Part shown: positions 29,601 through 41,300 of the stretch, in pieces
Numbering within the stretch: position 1 is the stretch's first letter
Layout: each line of letters opens with the position of its first letter
Source: Lingula anatina
Taxonomy: Eukaryota; Animalia; Brachiopoda
Assembly (NCBI GenBank): GCA_051362555.1
Contig: CM120642.1
Location: 23,064,001-23,128,000, forward strand
Length of the DNA: 64,000 nt
Direction of reading: 5' to 3'
Program-made: the position numbers and the translations under genes
Notes under the pieces: model-generated
Seen by the model: only the letters and a program-made list of their open reading frames with translations
Database searches by the model: none
Told to the model about the DNA's origin: nothing

Positions 29601-32600
29601 CCTCCTGGGGCATATCATTCAGAGAAATGCCAACAGTTTATCTTCCCTGTCTGTCCTCAGTTGTTTTAATCAGAAATTACTGCATGTTATCTCATATGAT
29701 GCCAGAAATAAGTATCAACATACAGCATATGTGGATCAGACATGCTGACTGGATAACACATAGGGACGCTGACAACAACAGATCTATGGTTTCACCGTGC
29801 CCCTGGAAAATTATCTTCTTTATACATATAAAGATTAGAGAGAGAGAAAGAGAAAATGCAAATAGTATGGGTATATCATCAAATTACTAGAGGAAAAGAT
29901 GCACTGAATACATAAAAAAATTAATTCAATAAATCTTTGAGCAAATTTTGTGAAAGTGCTTCTTTCAAAAATGATGAACAAGAAAAATATGCTTGCTTGT
30001 GCTTGCCTGTCAGAGAGAGATAAACTCAGTGACATGAAACTTTGACGCTTTAGAAACGAAATGCATACTTCTCTAGTAATATTTCACAGTGCTATACTTT
30101 TACATGGTCAATTAATGAGAATTTATGATAATTAAGTGCAGACACCTGCTAAATGATATACAAGAGGGACCTGGAAGTCATACAGTGCTAAACAGCACAT
30201 ATACAACTGTGAACAAGTAGGCAAATTAGAAACAAACTGCCTCTGGAAAGAACCAAACCCATAGGAGTATTATTGCATATTATTGCATATTATTGCATAT
30301 TGCATATTACTAAAAATAGTCCTCCAGTCAAACTCTGTCCATCTTTCATCATTCTTATTCATCATTTGTAGTACCTGTCTTCCTTAAGTTCTTACTTTAT
30401 GTTGTAACTTTCATTTCAAAGAAAACATATTTCAACTGAAACTTCTTATATTAATGTTTTTTTTTCAATCATTCACTTTCCTTTTTGTTTCCCAAACAAT
30501 ATTTCAAAAAGAATCAGAGCATTTATTTCTACAAACAAACTAGTCAATAATAATTAAACATTAAAATATCACTAATGAACTATCCTTCACAATTGCAGGT
30601 GACTTGCAAGATATATTGGTCTTTGACTATCTATCAATGTGACTTTTGATAATCTGTCAATTTCACTAAGAGAATAGCGTCAGATATTATATACTGGTAT
30701 ATGTGGCAAATCTACATCAGAATTATGTCAATAAACATGCATATTCACAACAAAATCCAATAAACGACATTTGAATGTGAAGTTCTCTTAATTTCTTTTC
30801 CAATAAGTAACTCAAGTAGCTAAGACGAGCAAAAGTGGGCTATTTTCCAGCCAAGCAATTCTTACACATAGAGGAAGTAATGGAGATTGATTAAAATCAA
30901 TAGCTCAATAATAAGCCACTGACAAAGTATGCACTGTACAGTTCATCTCTCAGCAATGACTACTGGGAACAATTTCTGCTATTGGCAGCTTTTAATATCA
31001 TCCAAGGCTCTCTAAGTATTGGGGTTTATCAGTAAATGAAACACAAGTTCAATTCCCAGAGCGTATCATTTATTAATGAGATCCACTTATGATTCTGTGT
31101 TTGGAATTTGTAAGATTAAAGATATAAACAATCCCATATCTATACAAGTAAAGAATTTCAGTATCTTAATATGGATAGCAACCCTGAATCCACAAAACAA
31201 ATATCATAGCATAATGTGTGTGGCTGCAACATATGACACTTACAAAATCACAAACCTAAGTATAAAGACCAATGCTAGCATAAATATTTTTGACATAAAA
31301 GTCTTACTTCAATACTATATACTAAATCATCACGACACCCCTTTGGTTAAATTAAGTAATTAATTGGAAGAACAAGAAAAAGAAGTGTCCTTAATGGAAC
31401 CTGCACTGGGCTGTACCACAGACAACAGACTGACAGCTATCATGAGGCATACCAAATTATTTCAATTTGACATCACTAGAAACACAACTGTGCATTGATC
31501 TTCAACAACTGTATCCAAAGTGTAGTAGGTGAATCAGATTAACAGCTGCAGGTTTATGATTAAAGTGGTTTTCCTCTGATTTTGGCATCTTTGAATTAGC
31601 AGTAAATTGTTATCAACTGTTCAGTAAGGTGAAGTAGTGGCAGCTAAACCTAACAGTCTTATTTTTCAATAGAAACCTCGCAATCTATGCAGACAAATTT
31701 ATTGCGCATTCAAAGTGACAACAACAATATCAGATTCTTCAAAAGACAGCTTAAAACAAAGTATAAACTGCACCGATAATTCAATGTCTACCAGGACTTC
31801 ATCATTGAAAAAGACTACAGGTGTTTTTCGCCTGAGAAGTACAGCCCCCCCCCCCCCAAAACCTCTATCCTTCCAAAAATTATTTCTGGATCCTAGATAG
31901 ACCAAACCACAGGTGCTGTAATAACTCCTAAGTTTTTATATTGATTGAAGAAACTACTAGTATTTTTAAAACACAAATTTATATACAAAATGTTATTGCA
32001 TGTCAATGCCCAGTCAGATCAAACAAAAAGTTTCACCAAAATGAGATTGCCATAATAACACATGTATCCAAGATAAAAGAAATGGTAAAAATAACTCTCC
32101 TCAGAAATTTGCAATCCATCAGTTAAGATCACCAGAAAGAAATAAAAACCATCAGCCTGACAAAGAATTCCACAAATCAATCCATCTGTCCATCTAAACT
32201 CTGCTTTCTTACTTTGTGCTGGTGGACACCATGATTTACAAGCCTATTCTTACAGCATAAATCATTTCAAATGCCACCTTTATCAGTCTTTTAAGCAACT
32301 ATTTCTTATTTCTGTTGCTTAGTGGTGTATTTATCACACTGATGATCAAGTCTGAGCTTCCTGTGGTTTGCAGGTATGTTTCCAGATGAGTTATGTCCAC
32401 CAAACTCACTTCTTTTGGTTTGATTAGCTCACCACTGGTAGTAATTCTTACCCTTCAGTAATATCAAGCCTACGAAAGAAGGTCTTTGCCATCATATCAG
32501 CATCCTATGGCAAGCAGATAACCATAAGACACTCAACATGAGTGGTTACAAGTGCCTACTAGTAGTTAAATGGGCCTAATCTGCCTGGAAACATGTCCAT

Positions 32601-34334
32601 ACCCTACCTGGTCACATTAATGACGAGACCAATGCATTACTGCAACACTGGAAGGGAAGGGGGGGGGGAGCAGGTTAACATGGCTTTTACCTTAAATGGA
32701 GGTTTAAGTGATTAAAAGTGCTTATAAATATAGCCTGGTAAATATTATATTTATTTTGGATAAAAATGGAATCCAAATAACTTTTGAACATTTTTTAAAA
32801 GTTATTATCTGCTTACAGCACGGTTTCAGTTTACAAAATGCTTAAACAGATCTGATAAAAGTGAGAAAGGAAAGGATATAGATACCACTGTGGGGGGGGG
32901 GGGGGGGGGGGGGGGGGAGCAAGGATCAAACAATGTATAAATCAAAGATGTTTCACTAACAAATATAATGTTATATTTTTTAATTAGATAGGAATGAAGC
33001 TGGAAAATCTTACCAACATTATTTCAAAATGCTTCAGGAAGTGGTGGGAGATGTCAGAAAGCTTACAGATTCATTCTAAAACAAGCAAGTCCTTTTGAAG
33101 TTATCAAACCTGTAGATCAGGTAGGTGGCAACACAGATTGCTATCTCCACCTACAAATTGGCTGCAGTTAACCCTCCTTGGTCTCTGTGGTTTTAGAGCA
33201 GATATGAAAAGTTGATCAGCATATAGTTTGAAGTGCATACTACTGCACGTATACGTAGCAGCATGACCCCTAGGGTACTCAGGTATGTAATGCTAAATGT
33301 CACACAAGTAAGGCACTGGTATAAATGTTTTGAAAACAGAAAGAAACTAAAAAAAGAAACTGAATAAAGAGAGAAAAAAAATTAGTAAAAAAAACAATAA
33401 CATTCAGATTTTCAATCAAGAATTTCAATTGTCCTTTTTCACGTGGACCTCACCCTCAGCAGAGAGTGGACTACAGACAAAAACAGAAAGAAACTAAAAA
33501 AAGAAACTGAATAAAGAGAGAAAAAAAATTAGTAAAAAAAAACAATAACATTCAGATTTTCAATCAAGAATTTCAATTGTCCTTTTTCACGTGGACCTCA
33601 CCCTCAGCAGAGAGTGGACTACAGACAAAAATTTTTACAAGTGAGGTCCACCCAATCCTGACTGTCATTTCCTTTAACAACTCAAAAATTCAAATTTCTT
33701 CCCTCTTTATCAACCAAACTGCCATCACTCTGCATGTAAGTGACAAAGCTACAACCCACAAAATGTGATCTAACTGTATAGGTTTGACTGCCCGAGGCTG
33801 ATAGACTTGACACCACAGAGCTACAGTTCAAGACCTCACGCAAGACCAGAATTCTATGCTTATTATGGGAAAATATGAAGAGCTTCACAAACTGGTTCTA
33901 CAGCTGACTGAGCACTGCTGACCTGATTCTAGTAGGGGAAAAAAAGCATCACATGTGTGCAGTAAGCCCACGAGGTCAGCACAAGCTGTAAAGAGCTATT
34001 TTATGTTTGCTTCATGGCTTGAAAAAGATGACCTTTTGGAGATTAACCCCAACAAATAATGTTCTTAAACAAAGTCATTTATGGTTTTTGGGGGCTTTAA
34101 AGCTCCAAGTGTGATGCATAAACAAAAAGAGCACAGGCACCCTGTTAAAATTTTCACAGGTTTTAAGAAAACCTACTCAAGGTTTATGATGGTAAATATG
34201 TGTGGTCTGTATTTGCTACACCTACAATTGTGTTCAGAACATGATGTCCTGGTGCCTACAGAGATTAGAACAAATGTGCCGAGATAAATGTACACATTCA
34301 ATTGAATTCACACAATGCAACAAATACTACAATA

Positions 34335-34388
<54 letters not shown>

Positions 34389-36085
34389 TGCATGGGAGCA
34401 AGAGAGAGTTGCTCCTGGCCATACTCCTTTCATCAATGCCTAATACACTTCCTAAAACTTCATCAGGACATTTTAAACAAAACCAGTTGCAAGTGTAGAC
34501 CACCCCACAAGTCTTTCTATAGAAAAGTTTCAGACTCCCGTCACTATAATTAACCTGACAACAGGTTAAGAGGAACTCAAGATCCAGTATATATGAAGGT
34601 GTATCGAGTCCCAGCTAGAACCACTATTGTAATGTGTGATCCACAAAGTCTAGGAATGGACCCCAGTCCAGCTGCCTCCTGCCCTACAGGTAAAACCCAT
34701 CAATTAGAAGGGCCACTCATTAACTAACAGACTATTTTTAACACAGAACCAGGCCTTGCTTTTTGTACACAACTAAAACAGCTCAGTTACCTGTCTGTGT
34801 ACAAGATGGATCCTCTCTTCTTTAACAGATGTATTTCCCTATATTTTTTGCTATTGTTAGGTGTGCACTGGAATCTAATCTACTAATATAAAACGAAATA
34901 TTCCTGTACCTTCCTTACTGAACAAAATGTTGTTTCTAAATCATTCTGCAGCCTATCTGAGAATGAAAAAAGCAGCTACAAAGGTTTGCTTTCAATGCTG
35001 ATTGTTCCATGTTCTTAATATGAGAAGCATATGTACATTTTGGTTTGTACATGTATGTACATGAAAAACATTTCTGTTCCATAATCAAGTACTTGAAGCA
35101 CTTGTCTTCATAACATTTTTCCACACTTACTCCAAACGATATCCGAACGCAACTCAATTCACCAACTTACTGACAGTTTTCATCTATCATGTGCATGAAA
35201 AAGCTACTGTATTTCATTTGAGGTAACAAAACAAGTGAACTCACTTAGTGGTCATATCACATTAATACCAGAGCCATGATAACTTTGTTTTACTGAAGTT
35301 GCCATCTACATTTCTATTTCCGATGTTTAAGCCATTAATCACAAAAACTAAGGTCATTTATATGATTTTTTTAAAGAAATATCATGTGCTGACTGAAACC
35401 AGGTAAGTTTGTTATTACTGAATTTTTTGTTGGCATACTTCCCATGATGTTTTGACAGTCTTATTAATCATTGTATGCTGACATTTTTAAAGGTTACCAC
35501 AAAATTTCTTCATATTCAATGCAATCTTTGCAAAAATACCTGGTGTCACTATGCTATTTCCAAATATCTCATTTATGTTCCTCCTGAGACAAGGTGCACC
35601 CACATTTACTATGCCTGAGCATATCAACTGTTCAAGTAAAATGTTGATTTGCCATAGAATCAATCAATCATCTCTTACCACAAAAAATTTAATGGAAGCA
35701 ATAAATCATCAGATCATGTATAAATGACCAACAGACATGTTATCATAGTTTCAAGCCATCCAGTGATATACTGAAATTATGGCAATGTTAAAATGCCCTC
35801 AAACTACAGAGAAATAAAAAACTAAAGGGTCATCAAAATGTTAAGATTATGAAAAAGTTTTATCCCTCCAATTTTTCTGCAAAAAATATTAACTAAACTG
35901 CTTAACTTGAAAAAGTAATGAGTTCCTCACCTTACAAAACCTTAAATTATGATCTGAATAATTTCTAATCCACATACCTTGGCAGTGAAGGATATCCCAT
36001 GTTGGAAAGCCTCTTCGTTGTGCAGAGGAATCCTACTGTCGTAACCATCGTCCGACACAAGATCGTACTGCTTCTTGGACGGCAT
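2522..36085 (-). CDS. NOS1AP: NOS1AP / CAPON (nNOS adaptor; DYC-1-like) PTB-domain protein, 10 coding exons, ~683 aa
   Basis: Exons (minus): 36085-35978, 23669-23598, 14299-14204, 12215-12154, 11739-11631, 7242-7092, 5519-5371, 4846-4634, 4155-4012, 3469-2522. All introns are GT-AG with consistent phase, 2052 nt in total. The translation [71 protein letters not shown].../..[65 protein letters not shown] closely matches the human NOS1AP PTB domain. The coiled coil [45 protein letters not shown] matches the CAPON/DYC-1 conserved region. In-frame upstream ATGs exist at 36103 and 36148. Confidence 0.95.
4907..5120. mobile_element. Degenerate palindromic MITE
   Basis: Ends are imperfect inverted repeats (TTAAGACGTGTTCACAAC..GTTGATC / GATCAACTAGTTCTAAACGCAGCCTAA). 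There is an internal inverted pair ATATGGCTGACCCATTTGAAA (~4961) / TTTCAAATGGGTTGGCTATAT (~5049). Confidence 0.55.
12289..12345. repeat. Compound (GT)n(GA)n microsatellite
   Basis: Directly visible. Confidence 0.95.
12959..13022. repeat. (GT)n/(GCGT)n microsatellite followed by poly-G
   Basis: Directly visible. Confidence 0.9.
15178..15237. repeat. (GT)n microsatellite
   Basis: About 30 perfect GT units. Confidence 0.95.
16250..16399. mobile_element. Truncated copy of the PIF/Harbinger-like MITE family also at 38480 and 60389
   Basis: GGCTCATTCCCAATG..GATCGATCCAACTCTGTGGGGACCCTCGCTGAATGCAATCAGCTTAAC and GGTGATTATACAAGTATGTTGGAAACAAG align with the TIR and core of the 38480-38735 element. 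Confidence 0.7.
16531..16660. repeat. Two-copy tandem duplication, ~64-bp unit
   Basis: ATGCCTTTTTTT..GTAT..TGAAAA.TATGC..TTGTGTCTTCAACAC...TTGACAGT occurs twice in tandem. Confidence 0.85.
19683..19712. repeat. (AAT)n microsatellite
   Basis: Directly visible. Confidence 0.9.
20830..21055. mobile_element. 226-bp MITE (PIF/Harbinger Tourist-like), copy 1
   Basis: Flanked by TTA on both sides (20827-20829, 21056-21058), with imperfect TIRs containing AGATTT..AGATCGATCTA. A near-identical inverted copy lies at 48300-48525. Confidence 0.85.
21507..21748. mobile_element. MITE with AAAATCTGACTCCCC-type TIRs and internal TTAGGG repeats
   Basis: Left end CATAAAAATCTGACTTCCC pairs with right end GGGGAGTCAGATTTTCATG. 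The same motif repeats internally, and GGTTAGGGTTAGGG lies at ~21677-21690. Confidence 0.65.
23733..23758. repeat. (GAAT)n microsatellite
   Basis: Directly visible. Confidence 0.85.
25439..25755. mobile_element. 317-bp foldback MITE, ~110-bp TIRs, 5-bp TSD (hAT5-like)
   Basis: CAGGCCTACCCAACTACCAGACTC..CACCGGTAGATC.GACCACACTACCCGTTTT.AAGGTGTGTGTCA is mirrored at the right end (...GGTAGTTGGGTAGGCCTG). TGATT flanks both sides (25434-25438, 25756-25760). Confidence 0.9.
26609..26648. repeat. (AAAT)n microsatellite
   Basis: Directly visible. Confidence 0.9.
33333..33630. repeat. Near-perfect two-copy tandem duplication, 147-148-bp unit
   Basis: AAAACAGAAAGAAACT...GTGGACCTCACCCTCAGCAGAGAGTGGACTACAGACAAAAA starts at 33333 and again at 33480. 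The only difference I saw is the length of one A-run. Confidence 0.95.
34338..34385. repeat. (GT)n microsatellite
   Basis: Directly visible. Confidence 0.95.
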
Positions 36086-36429
36086 TTTCTTTGATTCTGG
36101 CATTCTTCTGAGGCTATCGTTGCCAGAGACGGCTAATCCATAAGGCATACGTGATTCTGTGTTTCGCTAACAGTAGCTCTCCATCGACCTTGTAGAGCAA
36201 GGCCAAAGTGCTTGATATAAATCCAGTGCCGCGAGTCTTCAAATTTACACAGGAGATTTGTGCAGTCCAGTGTTCGAAAGTCTTAATTTAAAGCTAACGC
36301 TAACAACTTCAGAAGTGCATTAAGTTCACATTAGCTATAAAATGCGCGATCTCTTTCAAAATGCCAAAATTCTTGCAAAAAACACCTCAGGAACGAAGAG
36401 CGTAAAAACTTTCTTTACTCCTCCATGTT

Positions 36430-36500
36430 GCGGTAACTTCCGGTCGCGCGAAGTCACGTGACGATACTCCAATTTACTCCAGGGACGAATGAGTCACGAG
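36430..36500. promoter_or_regulatory. Probable NOS1AP promoter motif cluster in the NOS1AP/NSMF divergent intergenic region
   Basis: CpG-dense GTAACTTCCGGTCGCGCGAAGTCACGTGACG carries an ETS core (ACTTCCGG), an E2F-like CGCGCGAA and a palindromic E-box/CLEAR site GTCACGTGAC. An AP-1 TGAGTCA lies at ~36490. The cluster is ~350 bp upstream of the conserved ATG. Confidence 0.6.
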
Positions 36501-38316
36501 CTTGAATGGTTTTTATTTTAGTTATTATACAGCATTTACACAACAGTATTCCGATTGTGTATTGTATTAAAATATACCTAAAATAACCTGGAATACTATT
36601 TCAAAAGTCCAAAACTGATCAATTGTACCGTTCCTCAAATAAACCCATGGGGGCATTCGTCCCAATCGCCTAAGCATCGTTTCAAATAAATCTCGAAAAA
36701 CTATCCTATAATTCAAGTAGCCCACTGCCAAAGGAGCACGACTGATCGATTTTTGAAAGCCAACATGGCACACCAAGGGGTTGGGATAAGAAGGGGGAAC
36801 GAAACAAGAAAATTGTTTTTAGGTGCAATTAACAATTAGGCAGAATTAGTGCAATTAAAACTATAATTTATTCAATCTCAATATTGTACTTCTATAATTT
36901 GTACAAATTTACGCAAGGTTGAACGAAAAACTTTGTCATTTATTTCCTTAAGTTGCCAGAGAAGTCCCTTTGTTTTTCTATTCGAAAAAGTATCCCTATC
37001 TATTTCAGTCAGCGCCAGGACGCCAAGAAAAAAAAAGTTAAATGGGCGGACCCAACAAAGGTGGGGAGGGGGTAGGCTTATCTACTTGTCTAATCTGCCT
37101 CCGAAACTGATGATTGCATCTGTTGTGATCCAGCGCATCTCAAGCATTTTCACGAAGCAATTCCGCGAAATTGTTCAACAAACAATTTTATTCGTGTCAG
37201 ACGAGAATGATTATTCAATAGCGTTTGCTTTGATATCAAAGAACTTTTAATACATGGACGTACCAATTCTACAGACTCGGTTTAGACATCTTGAGGGGAA
37301 AAATGAAATAAATCTGCATAAGAGCTAGGCCTATATAGCAGACAACGGCTTTATGAGGCTGCTTTTAAAGAGACTTCGGCCTACACTGTACGCAAGGACT
37401 TTAATTTTGATAATAGGCCTATCTTTATAATTCTCCAAGTGTGAATTTATTACTTTATTTCCGATATCGTATTTTTCTTGACATATTCCCACCCGTTTTC
37501 AAAACATTTGTGTTGCTGACAAATCGTTTAAATCACACATATGGAAATTTAATTGTCCCATAAACAATATTATGTGTTTGGCGTGTCTTTTTCTAGTTGA
37601 ATAATCAGCTAAACAATATGAAAACCTAGCTAACTCCGAGATTCAAGTTGGTTTATTTTCATGGAAGATTTAACGCTACGGTGGGTTACATCATTTTCAC
37701 GAGTCCAGTTTTGGGTTTCTCGTATTTTCATATGAAGTATAAATCGATTGTGTTGGAGAAGGCAGAACTTATCGTCCACCCATGCGACAAATGTTTTTAC
37801 AATGTTTTGAACTGACCAGCCCAACCATTCATATTTATTATAGCTAGATTATTTAGGCGCACAATACACCATGTAAACATCAGGTGTGCTAAGTCCGATT
37901 CACGTGGGTATTAAAATGAAAAGGGAACATACAACTAAATTTCTATGTAACTGCAGGCAATTATTTCACTGATGACAATCGTTTCTAATGGCGATCGACC
38001 CACCTACTGAAGAGAGACTGATGCAGTAAGCGTCTCAGTACATGTATATTTGACATCTTGTCTATTAATGTTTATGCAAACGGTTTCCTTTAAGAATTTA
38101 AAGGTATGAAAAACTGACCCTGTTGATCAAGCAAATAGCTGGCCATACAAGGACTTCAAGAACATGGAAATAACTGGTCTTCAGAAATCACAGCAGAGAC
38201 GCAATCTTTTCCCAAATTTCTGAAGCTTTGCGAGTCACCACTCCAGATCAGTTTTGACGTTTCACTCAAAAGAAACGGCGTAGATACAACTTAAAAATTC
38301 TCTCCACAAGGCCAAC

Positions 38317-41300
38317 ATGGGATCAGGTGCATCAAAAGAGAAGAAAAATGCAAGGTTAGTTGTGCCAACTATGCTTGCTTTGTCCCGTATAACTGTTCTA
38401 GTATTAACTTTTTTGTGTAATTTTTGTCAAATTGAGAAAAGTATTTCCAAAATCATTTCTCCATCTTAAGTGTATCTAAGGCCCCATTCCCATAGGCACC
38501 ATCGGTCTACGTGGATCAACCCAACTATACGGGGCCTCTCGCTGACTGTGCACAGTCAGTTTTTAAACTGAATGAGACGCCTCATACTGGAGTGAAATAA
38601 ATAGAAAAGCTGGTGATTATACAAGTACGTTGAAAACAAGAGGTGTGTCGTTCAGTTAAGCTGATTGCACTTAGCGAGAGTCCCCGAGAGTTGGATCGAT
38701 CCACGCAGAATGATGGTGTCTTTGGGAATGGGATCTAAGTTTGGGTTGAAATAGGGAAAATAACCTGGTCATATGGTATTGAAGCTGGTCATTGTTAATG
38801 CTAACTCTGAGCGCCACGTATGCCGCAGCTCGGGTTGTATTTTCCTCAGGGAGATGACAATGAATTAGGATTGAAAAGACCCGTAATATTATCAATGCAT
38901 ATATTGCAAACAAGCAATGTGTGAGATTTATAATATATATACGTATGTGTTTTTATCATGTCTATGTATTTATTCAGTATATTCAATATATGTTGCAAAG
39001 AAAGTATAATAAACCTTACGAACAGCATGATCTGCAAACATTCAGTTTGACACAATATTTGTCACTCTTGAAAGTCTGGACAATTGCACTGTGTCAGTTG
39101 CGTTTATTGGTTTGTTATTGCAGCCAGGGTAAAGGTGCAGCTACCGCAACAAGCGCTCAGGGTGGAAACGGAAAAGGTATGTTAAAAATGATTCATATGG
39201 AATCTATACACTTTATGCTTATAAGGAATAAAATTATCTAAAAGACCCATAACATTATTGTACCATTTATGTTTGAAGCACATTAAGCTTAAAGCAATAA
39301 TAACTCTTCGTTTCGGCCAAAAAATGAATTTTCCTGGAGTAAACAACAATTTTCCCATGCTTACCAATGGTTAATGAATCCATTTTTACATTCAAAGTTA
39401 GTCCCTGGTTTTTTTCTAAAAAGTTTGGTTTTTTGTTAAAATCTCTTAAGAGATTTTAACAGAGTATAGACATCAATGGAGGTCACGTGGTCTAAAGACA
39501 AGTTCAAATATCAGAATAAAAGCTATAACTGCTGTTTTTGTGGTAAAACAGAATATATTATATTTCTATGAGTTATTCACAAGGTTTTTATTATGAAATA
39601 TAGGTCTCATACAAAGAGTTATTATGCCTTTAAATACTAAAAATTTGTTTTCTTATATTGTCGAGGCTAATATAGCAAATTCTGCAATCTTAATTTAAAC
39701 ACAGTCTTAGCTTTTATATAACAATTATACTACTTGTTTTAAATTGCATATCTTACTCAGACCCCACCCACTCTGTTCATTTAAGCCCCTGTAAACACCA
39801 ACCGAACATCACTACAGTGCGCCGACCCACTAGCAGATGGTAGAGCAATGGTGGCCGTGCTGAAAATACAGTCGTAAGCAGAGAAAGAGAGAGAAAGAGA
39901 GTGAAAGAGATGGAAGGGAAAATGACCAGTAGATAATGGTTTGATCATGTGCTTTGACTAAAATGGTGTCCCCGGTAGCATTTATTTTATACCAGTGATA
40001 ATTTGCAGTTAAAAGTTCCATTCTCTAGCGCATTTCGCGCCAATAATATCACTCCTTTCTTTGGGTGGTTAAAAGTGACTTCTGTATTGATGATTTGGAT
40101 TCATTTCCCGGACAATCGATGGCGGTTTTAATCAACTGCTTGATTTTGTTAGTGATACTTCATTACACGAGACAGACATTTTTTTCTGCTGCATGCGTCG
40201 TGAGTCAAGTAATAATTATGTTTTCTCTGGCACAAATCTGTACACAACTGGTATGTTGGAAAGGCAAAAAGGGCAAATTGCATTGCCTTCACACCAGTGT
40301 CTTTTTGGGCATATTTTCCTAACTAAAACAGTACAATGTATATGGGACGATCCGAAGAAAAAACTCTTAATTTCTTAATGTCATTATGTAGGCCTTTGTC
40401 ATCAATCTAATGGTTTCCCTTTGCTGATTGTGGGTTTTGCTATTATAAATATTGCGATATGATATTAAACATCTCAAAAATATGTTGACATTAAACTGGG
40501 TACTTTAAAGTTTCACCTTCGCCCCAGGAAACCAAGGTCTCATCCTAACAATTTATTCGCATCCACGCAATCAAAGCAGGGCGTTTGGGGTCAATTTCCT
40601 CCAGAGATCAATGGGCCGGTGATTAAGGATTGCATTGATTTAACGAAGTCTTCTTTTTTGATGCTGAAGGGAGGGCGTCGGTGCGCTAAGTAGTACAAAA
40701 GACGACCAATGCAATATCAATAAATTATCCGATTTAAAAAATTGAACAACACGAAAACAGGAAACGACCGGTATGAGGCAGTTACGCATGCTGCTGTAGA
40801 CAAGTTGTTTTATGTTGTATAGATTTGAGCCATGTTTTGAAATACTTGCTCACGGTATGGCACCGGTCAATGTTTTTGTGACCTAACTTTTCAAAACATG
40901 TATCAAGCAAGTTATTTGTGTGGTTTAGATGAAGATCAAGTATTCAACAAATTCGAAAGCGGCAGAGCGAATTCGTTACAGAATACTTTGAGCTATGCAT
41001 GACACAACCGACTAAGAAATTGTGCATATGTTAGACCACGGATCGACTGATCTAATATAATGAATATTAAACTGAGTTTTTTGTGCCTATCTGGGACGGT
41101 ACAGAATAATTACGTTAACCAAGTGACAGCTGAATGATAGAAGGTTTAGGGAGGTGTAAGTGACTCACTGTGAGCGCAATGGCGGAGGATGTTGAAGTCT
41201 TAGCTGCAGTGTACGGGGACTCAGTGGCTCAGCTGGACGCCTGCGATAAGGATATCCACGTTATGTTCGAGCTACTGCAGGTATGGGGGGTTTCGAACAA

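Noticed and set aside
12262-34553. ORFs rich in CV, HT or RE dipeptides (e.g. 12262, 12853, 15151, 15182, 34202, 34302)
   Set aside because: These are translations of GT/GA microsatellites in NOS1AP introns.
39761-39785. Acceptor TTACTCAG at 39760 for NSMF exon 3
   Set aside because: It leads to stop codons in the required phase. The TTTAAG acceptor at 39785 keeps frame and completes the IQ motif.
40929-41002. Exon-like stretch after TTTAG (DEDQVFNKFESG...)
   Set aside because: It reaches a stop in the frames tested, with no good donor or recognisable homology.
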